Shown: one piece after another, positions 39,601 through 53,184 of the stretch
Layout of the letters: every line of letters starts with the position of its first letter
How positions within the stretch are numbered: the stretch's first letter is position 1
DNA from: Eledone cirrhosa
Taxonomy: Eukaryota
Direction: 5' to 3'
Assembly (NCBI GenBank): GCA_964016885.1
Contig: OZ024741.1
Coordinates: 73,718,001 to 73,782,000, forward strand
Length of the DNA: 64,000 bases
Program-made: the position numbers and the translations under genes
Notes under the pieces: model-generated
Seen by the model: the letters and a program-made list of their open reading frames with translations, nothing else
Database searches by the model: none
What the model was told of the DNA's origin: nothing

Positions 39601-42600
39601 TTGTTACTGTTGTTGTTGTTGGTGGTGATGTTGGTGTTGTTACTGTTGTTGGTGGTGGTGATGTTGGTGTTGTTACTTTTGTTGTTGGTGGTGGTGATGT
39701 TGCTGTTGTTACTGTTGTTGTTGGTGGTGGTGATGTTGGTGTTGTTACTGTTGTTGTTGGTGGTGGTGATGTTGGTGTTGTTATTGTTGTTGTTGTTACA
39801 GGTGATGTTGGTGTTGTTACTGTTGTTGTTGTTGGTGGTGATGTTGGTGTTGTTACTGTTGTTGTTGGTGGTGGTGATGTTGGTGTTGTTACTGTTGTTG
39901 TTGGTGGTGGTGATGTTGGTGTTGTTACTGTTGTTGTTGGTGGTGGTGATGTTGGTGTTGTTATTGTTGTTGTTGTTGGTGGTGATGTTGGTGTTGTTAC
40001 TGTTGTTGTTGGTGATGGTGATGTTGGTGTTGTTATTGTTGTTGTTGGTGGTGGTGATGTTGGTGTTGTTACTGTTGTTGTTGGTGGTGGTGATGTTGCT
40101 GTTGTTACTGTTGTTGTTGGTGGTGGTGATGTTGGTGTTGTTACTGTTGTTGTTGGTGGTGGTGATGTTGGTGTTGTTATTGTTGTTGTTGTTACAGGTG
40201 ATGTTGGTGTTGTTACTGTTGTTGTTTGTGGTGGTGATGTTGGTGTTTTTACTGTTGTTGTTGGTGATGGTGATGTTGGTGTTGTTACTGTTGTTGTTGG
40301 TGGTGGTGATGTTGGTGTTGTTACTGTTGTTGTTGGTGGTGGTGATGTTGGTGTTGTTATTGTTGTTGTTGTTGGTGGTGATGTTGGTGTTGTTACTGTT
40401 GTTGTTGGTGATGGTGATGTTGGTGTTGTTACTGTTGTTGTTGGTGGTGGTGATGTTGGTGTTGTTACTGTTGTTGTTGTTGGTGGTGATGTTGGTGTTG
40501 TTACTGTTGTTGTTGTTGGTGGTGATGTTGGTGTTGTTACTGTTGTTGTTGGTGGTGGTGATGTTGGTGTTGTTACTGTTGTTGTTGTTGGTGGTGATGT
40601 TGGTGTTGTTACTGTTGTTGTTGTTGGTGGTGATGTTGGTGTTGTTACTGTTGTTGTTGTTACTGGTGATGTTGGTGTTGTTACTGTTGTTGTTGGTGGT
40701 GGTGATGTTGGTGTTGTTATTGTTGTTGTTGTTGTTGGTGGTGATGTTGGTGTTGTTACTGTTGTTGTTGGTGATGGTGATGTTGGTGTTGTTACTGTTG
40801 TTGTTGTTGGTGGTGATGTTGGTGTTGTTACTGTTGTTGTTGTTGGTGGTGATGTTGTTGTTGTTACTGTTGGTGGTGATGGTGGTGATGTTGGTGTTGT
40901 TACTGTTGTTGTTGTTGGTGGTGATGTTGGTGTTGTTATTGTTGTTGTTGTTGGTGGTGATGTTGGTGTTGTTACTATTGTTGTTGTTACTGGTGATGTT
41001 GGTGTTGTTACTGTTGTTGTTGGTGGTGGTGATGTTGGTGTTGTTACTGTTGTTGTTGTTGGTGGTGATGTTGGTGTTGTTACTGTTGTTGTTGTTGGTG
41101 GTGATGTTGGTGTTGTTACTGTTGTTGTTGTTACTGGTGATGTTGGTGTTGTTACTGTTGTTGTTGGTGGTGGTGATGTTGGTGTTGTTATTGTTGTTGT
41201 TGTTGTTGGTGGTGATGTTGGTGTTGTTACTGTTGTTGTTGGTGATGGTGATGTTGGTGTTGTTACTGTTGTTGTTGTTGGTGGTGATGTTGGTGTTGTT
41301 ACTGTTGTTGTTGTTGGTGGTGATGTTGTTGTTGTTACTGTTGGTGGTGATGGTGGTGATGTTGGTGTTGTTACTGTTGTTGTTGTTGGTGGTGATGTTG
41401 GTGTTGTTATTGTTGTTGTTGTTGGTGGTGATGTTGGTGTTGTTACTATTGTTGTTGTTACTGGTGATGTTGGTGTTGTTACTGTTGTTGTTGGTGGTGG
41501 TGATGTTGGTGTTGTTACTGTTGTTGTTGTTGGTGATGATGTTGTTGTTGTTACTGTTGGTGGTGATGGTGGTGATGTTGGTGTTGTTACTGTTGTTGTT
41601 GGTGGTGGTGATGTTGGTGTTATTACTGTTGTTGTTGTTGGTGGTGTTGTTACTGTTGTTGTTGGTGGTGTTGTTGTTGGTGGTGATATTGGTGTTGTTA
41701 CTGTTGTTGTTGGTGGTGGTGATGTTGGTGTTGTTACTGTTGTTGTTGTTGGTGGTGATGTTGGTGTTGTTGGTGTTGTTGTTGGTGGTGATGTTGGTGT
41801 TGTTACTGTTGTTGTTGTTACTGGTGATGTTGGTGTTGTTACTGTTGTTGTTGGTGGTGGTGATGTTGGTGTTGTTACTGTTGTTGTTGTTACTGGTGAT
41901 GTTGGTGTTGTTACTGTTGTTGTTGGTGGTGGTGATGTTGGTGTCGTTACTGTTGTTGTTGTTACTGGTGATGTTGGTGTTGTTACTGTTGTTGTTGGTG
42001 GTGGTGATGTTGGTGTTGTTACTGTTGTTGTTGTTGGTGGTGATGTTGGTGTCGTTACTGTTGTTGTTGTTACTGGTGATGTTGTTGTTGTTACTGTTGT
42101 TGTTGGTGGTGGTGATGTTGGTGTTGTTACTGTTGTTGTTGTTACTGGTGATGTTGGTGTTGTTACTGTTGTTGTTGTTGCTGGTGATGTTGGTGTTGTT
42201 ACTGTTGTTGTTGGTGGTGGTGATGTTGGTGTTGTTACTGTTGTTGTTGTTACTGGTGATGTTGGTGTTGTTACTGTTGTTGTTGTTACTGGTGATGTTG
42301 GTGTTGTTACTGTTGTTGTTGTTACTGGTGATGTTGGTGTTGTTTCTGTTGTTGTTGTTACTGGTGATGTTGGTGTTGTTACTGTTGTTGGTGGTGGTGG
42401 TGATGTTGGTGTTGTTACTGTTGTTGTTACTGGTGATGTTGGTGTTGTTACTGTTGTTGTTGTTGCTGGTGATGTTGGTGTTGTTACTGTTGTTGTTGTT
42501 ACTGGTGATGTTGGTGTTGTTACTGTTGTTGGTGGTGGTGGTGATGTTGGTGTCGTTACTGTTGTTGTTGTTGGTGGTGGTAGTGATGTTGGTGTTGTTA

Positions 42601-45600
42601 CTGTTGTTGGTGGTGGTGGTGATGTTGGTGTCGTTACTGTTGTTGTTGTTGGTGGAGGTGGTGATGTTGGTGTTGTTACTGTTGTTGTTGGTGGTGGTGA
42701 TGTTGGTGTTGTTACTGTTGTTGTTGTTACTGGTGATGTTGGTGTTGTTACTGTTGTTGTTGTTGGTGGTGGTGGTGATGTTGGTGTTGTTACTGTTGTT
42801 GTTGTTGGTGGTGATGTTGGTGTTGTTATTGTTGTTGTTGTTGGTGGTGGTGATGTTGGTGTTGTTACTGTTGGTGGTGATGGTGGTGATGTTGGTGTTG
42901 TTATTGTTGTTGTTGTTGGTGGTGGTGATGTTGGTGTTGTTATTGTTGTTGTTGTTAGTGGTGGTGATGTTGGTGTTGTTACTGTTGTTGTTGTTGTTAC
43001 TGGTGATGTTGGTGTTGTTACTGTTGTTGTTGGTGGTGGTGATGTTGGTGTTGTTACTGTTGGTGGTGATGGTGGTGATGTTGGTGTTGTTACTGTTGTT
43101 GTTGGTGGTGGTGATGTTGGTGTTGTTATTGTTGTTGTTGTTGGTGGTGGTGATGTGGGTGTTGTTACTGTTGTTGTTGTTACTGGTGATGTTGGTGTTG
43201 TTACTGTTGTTGTTGTTGGTGGTGATGTTGGTGTTGTTACTGTTGTTGTTGGTGGTGGTGATGTTAGTGTTGTTACTGTTGTTGTTGGTGGTGGTGATTT
43301 TGATGTTGTTACAGTTGTTGTTGTTGGTGGTGATGTTGGTGTTGTTACTGTTGTTGTTGTTGGTGGTGATGTTGGTGTTGTTACTGTTGTTGTTGGTGGT
43401 GGTGATTTTGATGTTGTTACAGTTGTTGTTGTTGGTGGTGATTTTGATGTTGTTACAGTTGTTGTTGTTGGTGGTGATGTTGGTGTTGTTACTGTTGTTG
43501 TTGGTGGTGGTGATGTTGGTGTTGTTACTGTTGTTGTTGGTGGTGGTGATGTTGGTGTTGTTACTGTTGTTGTTGTTGGTGGTGATTTTGATGTTGTTAC
43601 AGTTGTTGTTGTTGGTGGTGATGTTGGTGTTGTTACTGTTGTTGTTGTTGGTGGTGATGTTGGTGTTGTTACTGTTGTTGTTGGTGGTGGTGATGTTGGT
43701 GTTTATACTGTTGTTGTTGGTGGTGGTGATGTTGGTGTTGTTACTCTTGTTGTTGGTGGTGGTGATGTTGGTGTTGTTACTCTTGTTGTTGGTGGTGGTG
43801 GTGTTGGTGTTGTTACTGTTGTTGTTGTTGGTGGTGATGTTGGTGTTGTTACAGTTGTTGTTGTTGGTGGTGGTGTTGGTGTTGTTACTGTTGTTGTTGG
43901 TGGTGGTGATGTTGGTGTTGTTACTGTTGGTGTTGTTGGTGGTGATGTTGGTGTTGTTACTGTTGTTGTTGTTGCTGGTGATTTTGATGTTGTTACAGTT
44001 GTTGTTGTTGGTGGTGATGTTGGTGTTGTTACTGTTGTTGTTGTTGGTGGTGATGTTGGTGTTGTTACTGTTGTTGTTGGTGGTGGTGATGTTGGTGTTT
44101 ATACTGTTGTTGTTGGTGGTGGTGATGTTGGTGTTGTTACTCTTGTTGTTGGTGGTGGTGATGTTGGTGTTGTTACTCTTGTTGTTGGTGGTGGTGGTGT
44201 TGGTGTTGTTACTGTTGTTGTTGTTGGTGGTGGTGATGTTGGTGTTGTTACAGTTGTTGTTGTTGGTGGTGGTGTTGGTGTTGTTACTGTTGTTGTTGGT
44301 GGTGGTGATGTTGGTGTTGTTACTGTTGGTGTTGTTGGTGGTGATGTTGGTGTTGTTACTGTTGTTGTTGGTGGTGGAGGTGGTGATGTTGGTGTTTTTA
44401 CTGTTGTTGTTGGTGGTAGTGATGTTGGTGTTGTTACTGTTGTTGTTGTTGGTGGTGATGTTGGTGTTGTTATTGTTGTTGTTGTTGGTGGTGGTGATGT
44501 TGGTGTTGTTACTGTTGGTGGTGATGGTGGTGATGTTGGTGTTGTTATTGTTGTTGTTGTTGGTGGTGGTGATGTTGGTGTTGTTATTGTTGTTGTTGTT
44601 AGTGGTGGTGATGTTGGTGTTGTTACTGGTGATGTTGGTGTTGTTACTGTTGTTGTTGGTGGTGGTGATGTTGGTGTTGTTACTGTTGTTGTTGTTGGTG
44701 GTGATGTTGGTGTTGTTATTGTTGTTGTTGTTGGTGGTGGTGATGTTGGTGTTGTTACTGTTGGTGGTGATGGTGGTGATGTTGGTGTTGTTATTGTTGT
44801 TGTTGTTGGTGGTGGTGATGTTGGTGTTGTTATTGTTGTTGTTGTTAGTGGTGGTGATGTTGGTGTTGTTACTGTTGTTGTTGTTGTTACTGGTGATGTT
44901 GGTGTTGTTACTGTTGTTGTTGGTGGTGGTGATGTTGGTGTTGTTACTGTTGGTGGTGATGGTGGTGATGTTGGTGTTGTTACTCTTGTTGTTGGTGGTG
45001 GTGATGTTGGTGTTGTTACTGTTGTTGTTGGTGGTGGTGATGTTGGTGTTGTTACTGTTGTTGTTGGTGGTGGTGATGTTGGTGTTGTTACTGTTGTTGT
45101 TGGTGTTGTTACTGTTGTTGTTGGTGGTAGTGATGTTGGTGTTGTTATTGTTGTTGTTGTTGGTGGTGGTGATGTTGGTGTTGTTACTGTTGTTGGTGGT
45201 GGTGGTGATGTTGGTGTTGTTACTGTTGTTGGTGGTGGTGGTGATGTTGGTGTTGTTACTGTTGTTGTTGGTGGTGGTGATGTTGGTGTTGTTGCTGTTG
45301 TTGTTGTTGTTGGTGGTGATGTTGGTGTCGTTACTGTTGTTGTTGGTGGTGGTGATGTTGGCGTTGTTACTGTTGTTGTTGTTGGTGGTGATGTTGGTGT
45401 TGTTACTGTTGGTGTTGTTGGTGGTGATGTTGGTGTTGTTACTGTTGTTGTTGTTGCTGGTGATGTTGGTGTTGTTACTGTTGTTGTTTGTGGTGGTGAT
45501 GTTGGTGTTGTTACTGTTGTTGTTGTTGGTGGTGATGTTGGTGTTGTTACTGTTGGTGTTGTTGGTGGTGATGTTGGTGTTGTTACTGTTGTTGTTGTTG

Positions 45601-48600
45601 GTGGTGATGTTGGTGTTGTTACTGTTGTTGTTGTTGGTGGTGATGTTGGTGTTGTTACTGTTGTTGTTGGTGGTGGTGATGTTGGTGTTGTTACTGTTGT
45701 TGTTGTTGGTGGTGATGTTGGTGTTGTTACTGTTGGTGTTGTTGGTGGTGATGTTGGTGTTGTTACTGTTGTTGTTGTTGGTGGTGATGTTGGTGTTGTT
45801 ACTGTTGTTGTTGTTGGTGGTGATGTTGGTGTTGTTACTGTTGTTGTTGTTGCTGGTGATGTTGGTGTTGTTACTGTTGTTGTTGGTGGTGGTGATGTTG
45901 GTGTTGTTACTGTTGTTGTTGTTGGTGGTGATGTTGGTGTTGTTACTGTTGGTGTTGTTGGTGGTGATGTTGGTGTTGTTACTGTTGTTGTTGTTGGTGG
46001 TGATGTTGGTGTTGTTACTGTTGTTGTTGTTGGTGGTGATGTTGGTGTTGTTACTGTTGTTGTTGGTGGTGGTGATGTTGGTGTTGTTACTGTTGTTGTT
46101 GGTGTTGTTACTGTTGTTGTTGGTGGTAGTGATGTTGGTGTTGTTATTGTTGTTGTTGTTGGTGGTGGTGATGTTGGTGTTGTTACTGTTGTTGGTGGTG
46201 GTGGTGATGTTGGTGTTGTTACTGTTGTTGGTGGTGGTGGTGATGTTGGTGTTGTTACTGTTGTTGTTGGTGGTGGTGATGTTGGTGTTGTTGCTGTTGT
46301 TGTTGTTGTTGGTGGTGATGTTGGTGTCGTTACTGTTGTTGTTGGTGGTGATGTTGGTGTTGTTACTGTTGTTGTTGGTGGTGGTGATGTTGGTGTTGTT
46401 ACTGTTGTTGTTGTTGGTGGTGATGTTGGTGTTGTTACTGTTGTTGTTGTTGCTGGTGATGTTGGTGTTGTTACTGTTGTTGTTTGTGGTGGTGATGTTG
46501 GTGTTGTTACTGTTGTTGTTTGTGGTGGTGATGTTGGTGTTGTTACTGTTGTTGTTGTTGGTGGTGATGTTGGTGTTGTTACTGTTGTTGTTGTTGCTGG
46601 TGATGTTGGTGTTGTTACTGTTGTTGTTTGTGGTGGTGATGTTGGTGTTGTTATTGTTGTTGTTGTTACTGGTGATGTTGCTGTTGTTACTGTTGTTGTT
46701 TGTGGTGGTGATGTTGGTGTTGTTACTGTTGTTGTTTGTGGTGGTGATGTTGGTGTTGTTACTGTTGTTGTTGTTGCTGGTGATGTTGGTGTTGTTACTG
46801 TTGTTGTTGTTGGTGGTGATGTTGGTGTTGTTACTGTTGTTGTTGTTGCTGGTGATGTTGGTGTTGTTACTGTTGTTGTTTGTGGTGGTGATGTTGGTGT
46901 TGTTATTGTTGTTGTTGTTACTGGTGATGTTGCTGTTGTTACTGTTGTTGTTTGTGGTGGTGATGTTGGTGTTGTTACTGTTGTTGTTTGTGGTGGTGAT
47001 GTTGGTGTTGTTACTGTTGTTGTTGTTGGTGGTGATGTTGGTGTTGTTACTGTTGTTGTTGTTGCTGGTGATGTTGGTGTTGTTACTGTTGTTGTTGGTG
47101 GTGGTGATGTTGGTGTTGTTGCTGTTGTTGTTGTTGTTGGTGGTGATGTTGGTGTTGTTACTGTTGTTGTTGTTGCTGGTGATGTTGGTGTTGTTACTGT
47201 TGTTGTTGTTGGTGGTGATGTTGGTGTTGTTACTGTTGTTGTTGGTGGCGGTGGTGTTTGTGTTGTTACTGTTTTTGTTGTTACTGGTGATGTTGGTGTT
47301 GTTATTGTTGTTGTTGTTGGTGGTGGTGATGTTGGTGTTGTTACTGTTGTTGTTGTTGGTGGTGATGTTGGTGTTGTTACTGTTGTTGTTGTTGCTGGTG
47401 ATGTTGGTGTTGTTACTGTTGTTGTTTGTGGTGGTGATGTTGGTGTTGTTATTGTTGTTGTTGTTACTGGTGATGTTGCTGTTGTTACTGTTGTTGTTGG
47501 TGGTGGTGATGTTGGTGTTGTTGCTGTTGTTGTTGTTGTTGGTGGTGATGTTGGTGTTGTTACTGTTGTTGTTGGTGGTGATGTTGGTGTTGTTACTGTT
47601 GTTGTTGGTGATGGTGATGTTGGTGTTGTTACTGTTGTTGTTGTTGGTGGTGATGTTGGTGTTGTTACTGTTGTTGTTGGTGGCGGTGGTGTTTGTGTTG
47701 TTACTGTTTTTGTTGTTACTGGTGATGTTGGTGTTGTTATTGTTGTTGTTGTTGGTGGTGGTGATGTTGGTGTTGTTACTGTTGTTGTTGTTGGTGGTGA
47801 TGTTGGTGTTGTTACTGTTGTTGTTGGTGGTGGTGATGTTGGTGTTGTTGCTGTTGTTGTTGTTGTTGGTGGTGATGTTGGTGTTGTTACTGTTGTTGGT
47901 GGTGGTGGTGATGTTGGTGTTGTTACTGTTGTTGGTGGTGGTGGTGGTGTTGGTGTTGTTATTGTTGTTGTTTTTGGTGGTGATGTTGGTGTTGTTACTG
48001 TTGTTGTTGTTGCTGGTGATGTTGGTGTTGTTATTGTTGTTGTTGGTGGCGGTGATGTTGGTGTTGTTACTGTTGTTGTTGGTGGCGGTGATGTTGGTGT
48101 TGTTACTGTTGTTGTTGGTGGTGGTGATGTTGGTGTTGTTACTGTTGTTGTTGTTGGTGGTGGTGTTGGTGTTGTTGGTGTTGTTGTTGGTGGTGATGTT
48201 GGTGTTGTTACTGTTGTTGTTGGTGGTGGTGATGTTGGTGTTGTTATTGTTGTTGTTTTTGGTGGTGATGTTGGTGTTGTTACTGTTGTTGTTGTTGCTG
48301 GTGATGTTGGTGTTGTTTCTGTTGTTGTTGGTGGTGATGTTGGTGTTGTTACTGTTGTTGTTGGTGGTGGTGATGTTGGTGTTGTTACTGTTGTTGTTGG
48401 TGGTGGTGATGTTGGTGTTGTTATTGTTGTTGTTTTTGGTGGTGATGATGGTGTTGTTACTGTTGTTGTTTTTGGTGGTGATGTTGGTGTTGTTACTGTT
48501 GTTGTTTTTGGTGGTGATGTTGGTGTTGTTACTTTTGTTGTTGTTGCTGGTGATGTTGGTGTTGTTACTGTTGTTGTTGGTGGTGATGTTTGTGTTGTTA

Positions 48601-49750
48601 CTGTTGTTGTTTTTGGTGGTGATGATGGTGTTGTTACTGTTGTTGTTTTTGGTGGTGATGTTGGTGTTGTTACTTTTGTTGTTGTTGCTGGTGATGTTGG
48701 TGTTGTTACTGTTGTTGTTGGTGGTGATGTTTGTGTTGTTACTGTTGTTGTTGGTGGTGATGTTGGTGTTGTTACTGTTGTTGTTGTTGCTGGTGATGTT
48801 GGTGTTGTTACTGTTGTTGTTGGTGGTGATGTTGGTGTTGTTATTGTTGTTGTTTTTGGTGGTGATGTTGGTGTTGTTACTGTTGTTGTTTTTGGTGGTG
48901 ATGTTGGTGTTGTTACTTTTGTTGTTGTTGCTGGTGATGTTGGTGTTGTTACTGTTGTTGTTGGTGGTGATGTTTGTGTTGTTACTGTTGTTGTTTTTGG
49001 TGGTGATGATGGTGTTGTTACTGTTGTTGTTTTTGGTGGTGATGTTGGTGTTGTTACTTTTGTTGTTGTTGCTGGTGATGTTGGTGTTGTTACTGTTGTT
49101 GTTGGTGGTGATGTTTGTGTTGTTACTGTTGTTGTTGGTGGTGATGTTGGTGTTGTTACTGTTGTTGTTGTTGCTGGTGATGTTGGTGTTGTTACTGTTG
49201 TTGTTGGTGGTGATGTTGGTGTTGTTATTGTTGTTGTTTTTGGTGGTGATGTTGGTGTTGTTACTGTTGTTGTTGGTGTTGATGTTGGTGTTGTTACTGT
49301 TGTTGTTACTGGTGATGATGTTGGTGTTGTTACTGTTGTTGTTGGTGTTGATGTTGGTGTTGTTACTGTTGTTGTTGGTGGTGGTGATGTTGGTGTTGTT
49401 ACTGTTGTTGTTGTTACTTGTGATGTTGGTGTTGTTACTGTTGTTGTTGGTGGTGGTGATGTTGGTGTTGTTACTGTTGATGTTGTTGGTGGTGATGTTG
49501 GTGTTTTTATTGTTGTTGTTTTTGGTGGTGATGTTGGTGTTGTTACTGTTGTTGTTTTTGGTGGTGATGTTGGTGTTGTTACTGTTGTTGTTGGTGGTGA
49601 TGTTGGTGTTGTTACTGTTGATGTTGTTGCTGGTGATGTTGGTGTTGTTATTGTTGTTGTTGTTGGTAGTGATGTTGGTGTTGTTACTGTTGTTGTCTTT
49701 GCTGGTGATGTTGCTGTTCTTGTTGTAGATGGTGATGTTGCTGTTGCTAC
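36680..49750. repeat. 13-kb triplet-periodic minisatellite, ~33-bp unit (ggtggtgatgttggtgttgttactgttgttgtt)
   Basis: Direct reading. Length variants are multiples of 3, and higher-order duplications are present (e.g. ~48430-48860 vs ~48860-49260). Degenerate (TTG/CTG)n flanks at 36540-36680 and 49750-50103. Confidence 0.95.
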
Positions 49751-49904
49751 TCTTGTTGTTGTACTGTTTTTATTGTTACTGTTGTTGCTGTTCTTTTTGT
49801 TGTTACTGCTGTTGTTATTGCTGTTACTGTTGTTGCTGCTGTTTTTATCGATGGTGCTGCTGTTACTGTTACAGTTTCCGTTGTTGTTGCTGTTGTCGTC
49901 ACCG

Positions 49905-49954
<50 letters not shown>

Positions 49955-50120
49955 GCTGCTGTTCTTATTGTTACTGTTGATGCTGTTGTTGCTGCTGTTG
50001 CTGTTGTTGCTGTTGTTGTTGTTGTTGCTGCTGTTGTTGCTGCTGTTGCTGTCGTTGTTGTTGCTGTTATTGTTGTTGCTGCTGTTGTTATTGTTGTTGT
50101 TGTCTTTCTCATCAACTTAC

Positions 50121-50262
50121 GTCTGTTTCCACTTGAGCCATTGCGTTATATTGCTCACCAGAGGGCAGCAACGCTGTTATATTATTATGGAGGCGAATTT
50201 CATTTCGGAAATTTAATTTCGTTGGTTGACCAAATGTCAAACAAACTGACCAGCAGGTCAAG
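50121..50262 (-). other. Candidate host exon (5' UTR + MAQVETD, phase-0 donor)
   Basis: Minus strand: pyrimidine tract + AG, gcaATGG at 50141, 7 codons, then GTAAGT (50120-50115). No homology recognised. Confidence 0.3.
50155..50170 (+). promoter_or_regulatory. CTCF-like core motif
   Basis: TCACCAGAGGGCAGCA resembles the bilaterian CTCF consensus CCACCAG(A/G)GGGC(A/G)GC and lies in a unique island between repeats. Motif match only. Confidence 0.35.
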
Positions 50263-50304
50263 CTTGTCAAAATAAGGACAAGAAAAGGGAGTTGGTGGGG
50301 TGAG

Positions 50305-50900
50305 TATGCATTTGACTGTTATGTCTATATGTGAGTGTGGATATATGTTGGTAAGTGTGTGTGCGCGCGCGTGTGTGTGTGTACGTGTGAATGTCTGTGT
50401 GTATGTGTGTGCTTGTTTGTTTGTGCGTGTTTGTAAAGTGTTTGTGGGTTGCATATTTGTGTGTGAATATGTGTGTGTGAATGTATGTGTGTGTGAATGT
50501 CTGTGTGTATATATGCATGTTTGTTTGAATATATGCGTGTGTGTGTTTGTATGTGCGTGTAGGTGTAAGTGTTTGTGGGTTGTATCTGGGTGTGTGTCCG
50601 TGTTGTGTGGAGGTATCTAGATGTGTGTCTGCACGTTTGTGTATCTGTGTGTCTGTGTATGTAGGTGTGCTTGAATGTGTGTGTATGTGTATACGTATGT
50701 GTGAGTGTGCGTATGTATGTGTACGTATGCGTACATGTGTGTGTTGGGTGAATGTATTTGTGTATGTCTCTGCCTGTGTATCTGAGTATGTGGGTGTGTG
50801 TGCATATGTATATGTGTGTATGTATGTGTATGTATGTGTATGTATATATATATGTGTGTCGGTGAGTGAGTGAGAGAGAGTGTGCGTGTGTATAAGTGTA
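50305..50900. repeat. Degenerate TG-rich simple repeat (similar tract at 60290-60945)
   Basis: Direct reading of the sequence. Confidence 0.85.
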
Positions 50901-52130
50901 AGGTAGGAAACAGTGTGAATGTCCATATAAGATGGATGTATAATGGACGAAGTGAATCAATTAAGATGTAGAAGAACTTATGGTATGACACACCTATCAT
51001 GTCCTTAACCCCTTTGATACCAAACCACCTTAAACTGAACTTTGTTCTAAGATACAAAATTGTTTTAGATGTATATATGTATATAAACACACATACATAT
51101 ATGCATATATAATACACATATATATAAACACATATATGATGGCTGCCCCCTCGTTATCGAGTATGGCCATTGCACGATATACCATTATTAATTATTATTA
51201 ATTAATTCTATCGTGCAATGGCTGTGCGTGAAGATATTTTTTAAAGTGAGGAAAGACTGTGCACTGAGCCAATCCCACTCTCTGAGAGACAGTAGCTATA
51301 ACCCGAAAAGAAGAAAAGATCAACATCATTGGTAACTACTGAGCCGCAGGTTTTATATAGGAGTTATCCCAGTTTCCTGAGTTGCCTTCTCCTAGAAGAA
51401 TGCCCTGACAAAGGCTAGGGGTCCTTCACTCCCAGTGTTTAACCGCGTGATCGGGTATCCAACCCAACTATTTCTATGTCCCCGTGTATATACATACACA
51501 TGCACACAGGCATATACACATATACATTCATACATATGTATATACATATTTACACATTTTGGGATGGGCGTTGACTCTTATAAGTTCTTCCGCCCTTTGT
51601 CAGGTTTTGTTTTTTGTCCTGCAGAATGTCAAAATCACCCTCCACACCAAGTAAACTTGCTGGGGTTGCCGGTTTAGTCGCCGACGACCCCACCATGCGA
51701 CAGGTTGTACTGGGTTACATGTTACCATTAGCACTCAGAAGTGACCCGACATATACACACATGTATACACACATGTATATACACATATATACACACACAT
51801 ATATACATATATACACACATATATATATACATATATCCCACTCACGCTGGACGTGTCTGTACCTTTCGCTCATGAAATCCACCCAGATTATGCTGACCAG
51901 GACTACCATGCTGCTTGTTTATTTCCTTTCTTTGGTTTGCTTTTATCCTTCTATGTTGTTCACTTGTCCCCCTCGCTTTACGCGATTTACTGGTCCTAAT
52001 AACTTTTTTTAGTTATTGCTCGCACCAACCTGAGGTATATGATTTTTAATGCGATGAAATACCACTGATGAAGGACTATTTTTATCATATGTAACCTATG
52101 TGCAACCACGCAGTATTCTTCTTTCTTCTC

Positions 52131-52224
<94 letters not shown>

Positions 52225-52298
52225 CACACATGTGTCTTTCTCAAGAGGTTATTACATCAGTTAGAATTATCCTAAGCTGTATGACTGTGTGTCCGTAT

Positions 52299-52347
<49 letters not shown>

Positions 52348-52349
52348 CC

Positions 52350-52935
52350 AGATCTGAACACAAAGGAACCAAACTCTCACTGTCATCGCCTCCGTCTCCC
52401 CCGCTCTCCCCATCTCTCACTATTATGTGCAAGTTGGGGCCCATGTGCTGGCCGCCCCGTGGTCTTGGCAAACAGAATAGAGAAGACGTTTTCCCAGAGG
52501 ATGGTGAGGGAGAAGCTCTAGAAGAGCCATTCCAGCTCGCAAGGCGCACACCTGTGGGTAGCCAACTCTGGGCCGATAATGGTGAGTAGGGAGGTGGTCT
52601 TAGTGCCAAGGACACCAGAAGTCTTCACTGCTACAGGCTCGACCGCAAACCTGTCGAGAGTGACCGATATTAGGAGAAGTTACCCTCCTCGGCCCGAAGT
52701 GCAGCAGAGTCTGGTTTAGTCGTAGACCGCAACAGGTTGCCGTTGGAGAATGTGTCGCTGCATATGGCATCCCAGGTCAGGGGTTACCACCACAGAATGT
52801 AAAGATGGTCATGCCGTCTGGCCTTTTGCCGTCCCCTCGGTCCATCCCGCTGGCTTCAGCTGGGAGGGAAAGTCTGCAGTATCTAATCCCTGCTTTATGG
52901 CCTCGTTTATTATGTTGTTAAATTCCTCCTCGAAA
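52350..52935 (-). pseudogene. 3' fragment of a CRE-like non-LTR retrotransposon (RLE domain)
   Basis: Manual minus-strand translation across frameshifts: FNNIINEAIKQGL..MDRGDGKRPDGMT..WDAICSDT..AALRAEE..PVAVKTSGVLG..ELEWLF..ENVFSIL. The 3' end abuts (ATATAC)n. Confidence 0.78.
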
Positions 52936-53184
52936 ATTCTTGATTATTCTCAAAATTATTTGAAAATCATAGGCAGTATCTCTCGTTAAAGATATGGTAA
53001 CGAAAGTGGCTAAAGTGCTTATATTTATCTAAAACATTTATGTAAGTTACCATTGTTAATTTACGTTCCAAATACAAATTTATTAAGGAGTTTCTTTAGA
53101 TTGGGTGCTTAGCGTCTATTGTGAATTATGTGTGATTCGATCAATAGTCCATTCGTTTTAGGGGACTGTTGGAGAATCCGAAAA

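Noticed and set aside
36642-50216. 4524-aa and 4200-aa plus-strand ORFs
   Set aside because: Poly-V/G and poly-L/V products result automatically from NNT triplet periodicity; there are no domains and the starts are non-ATG.
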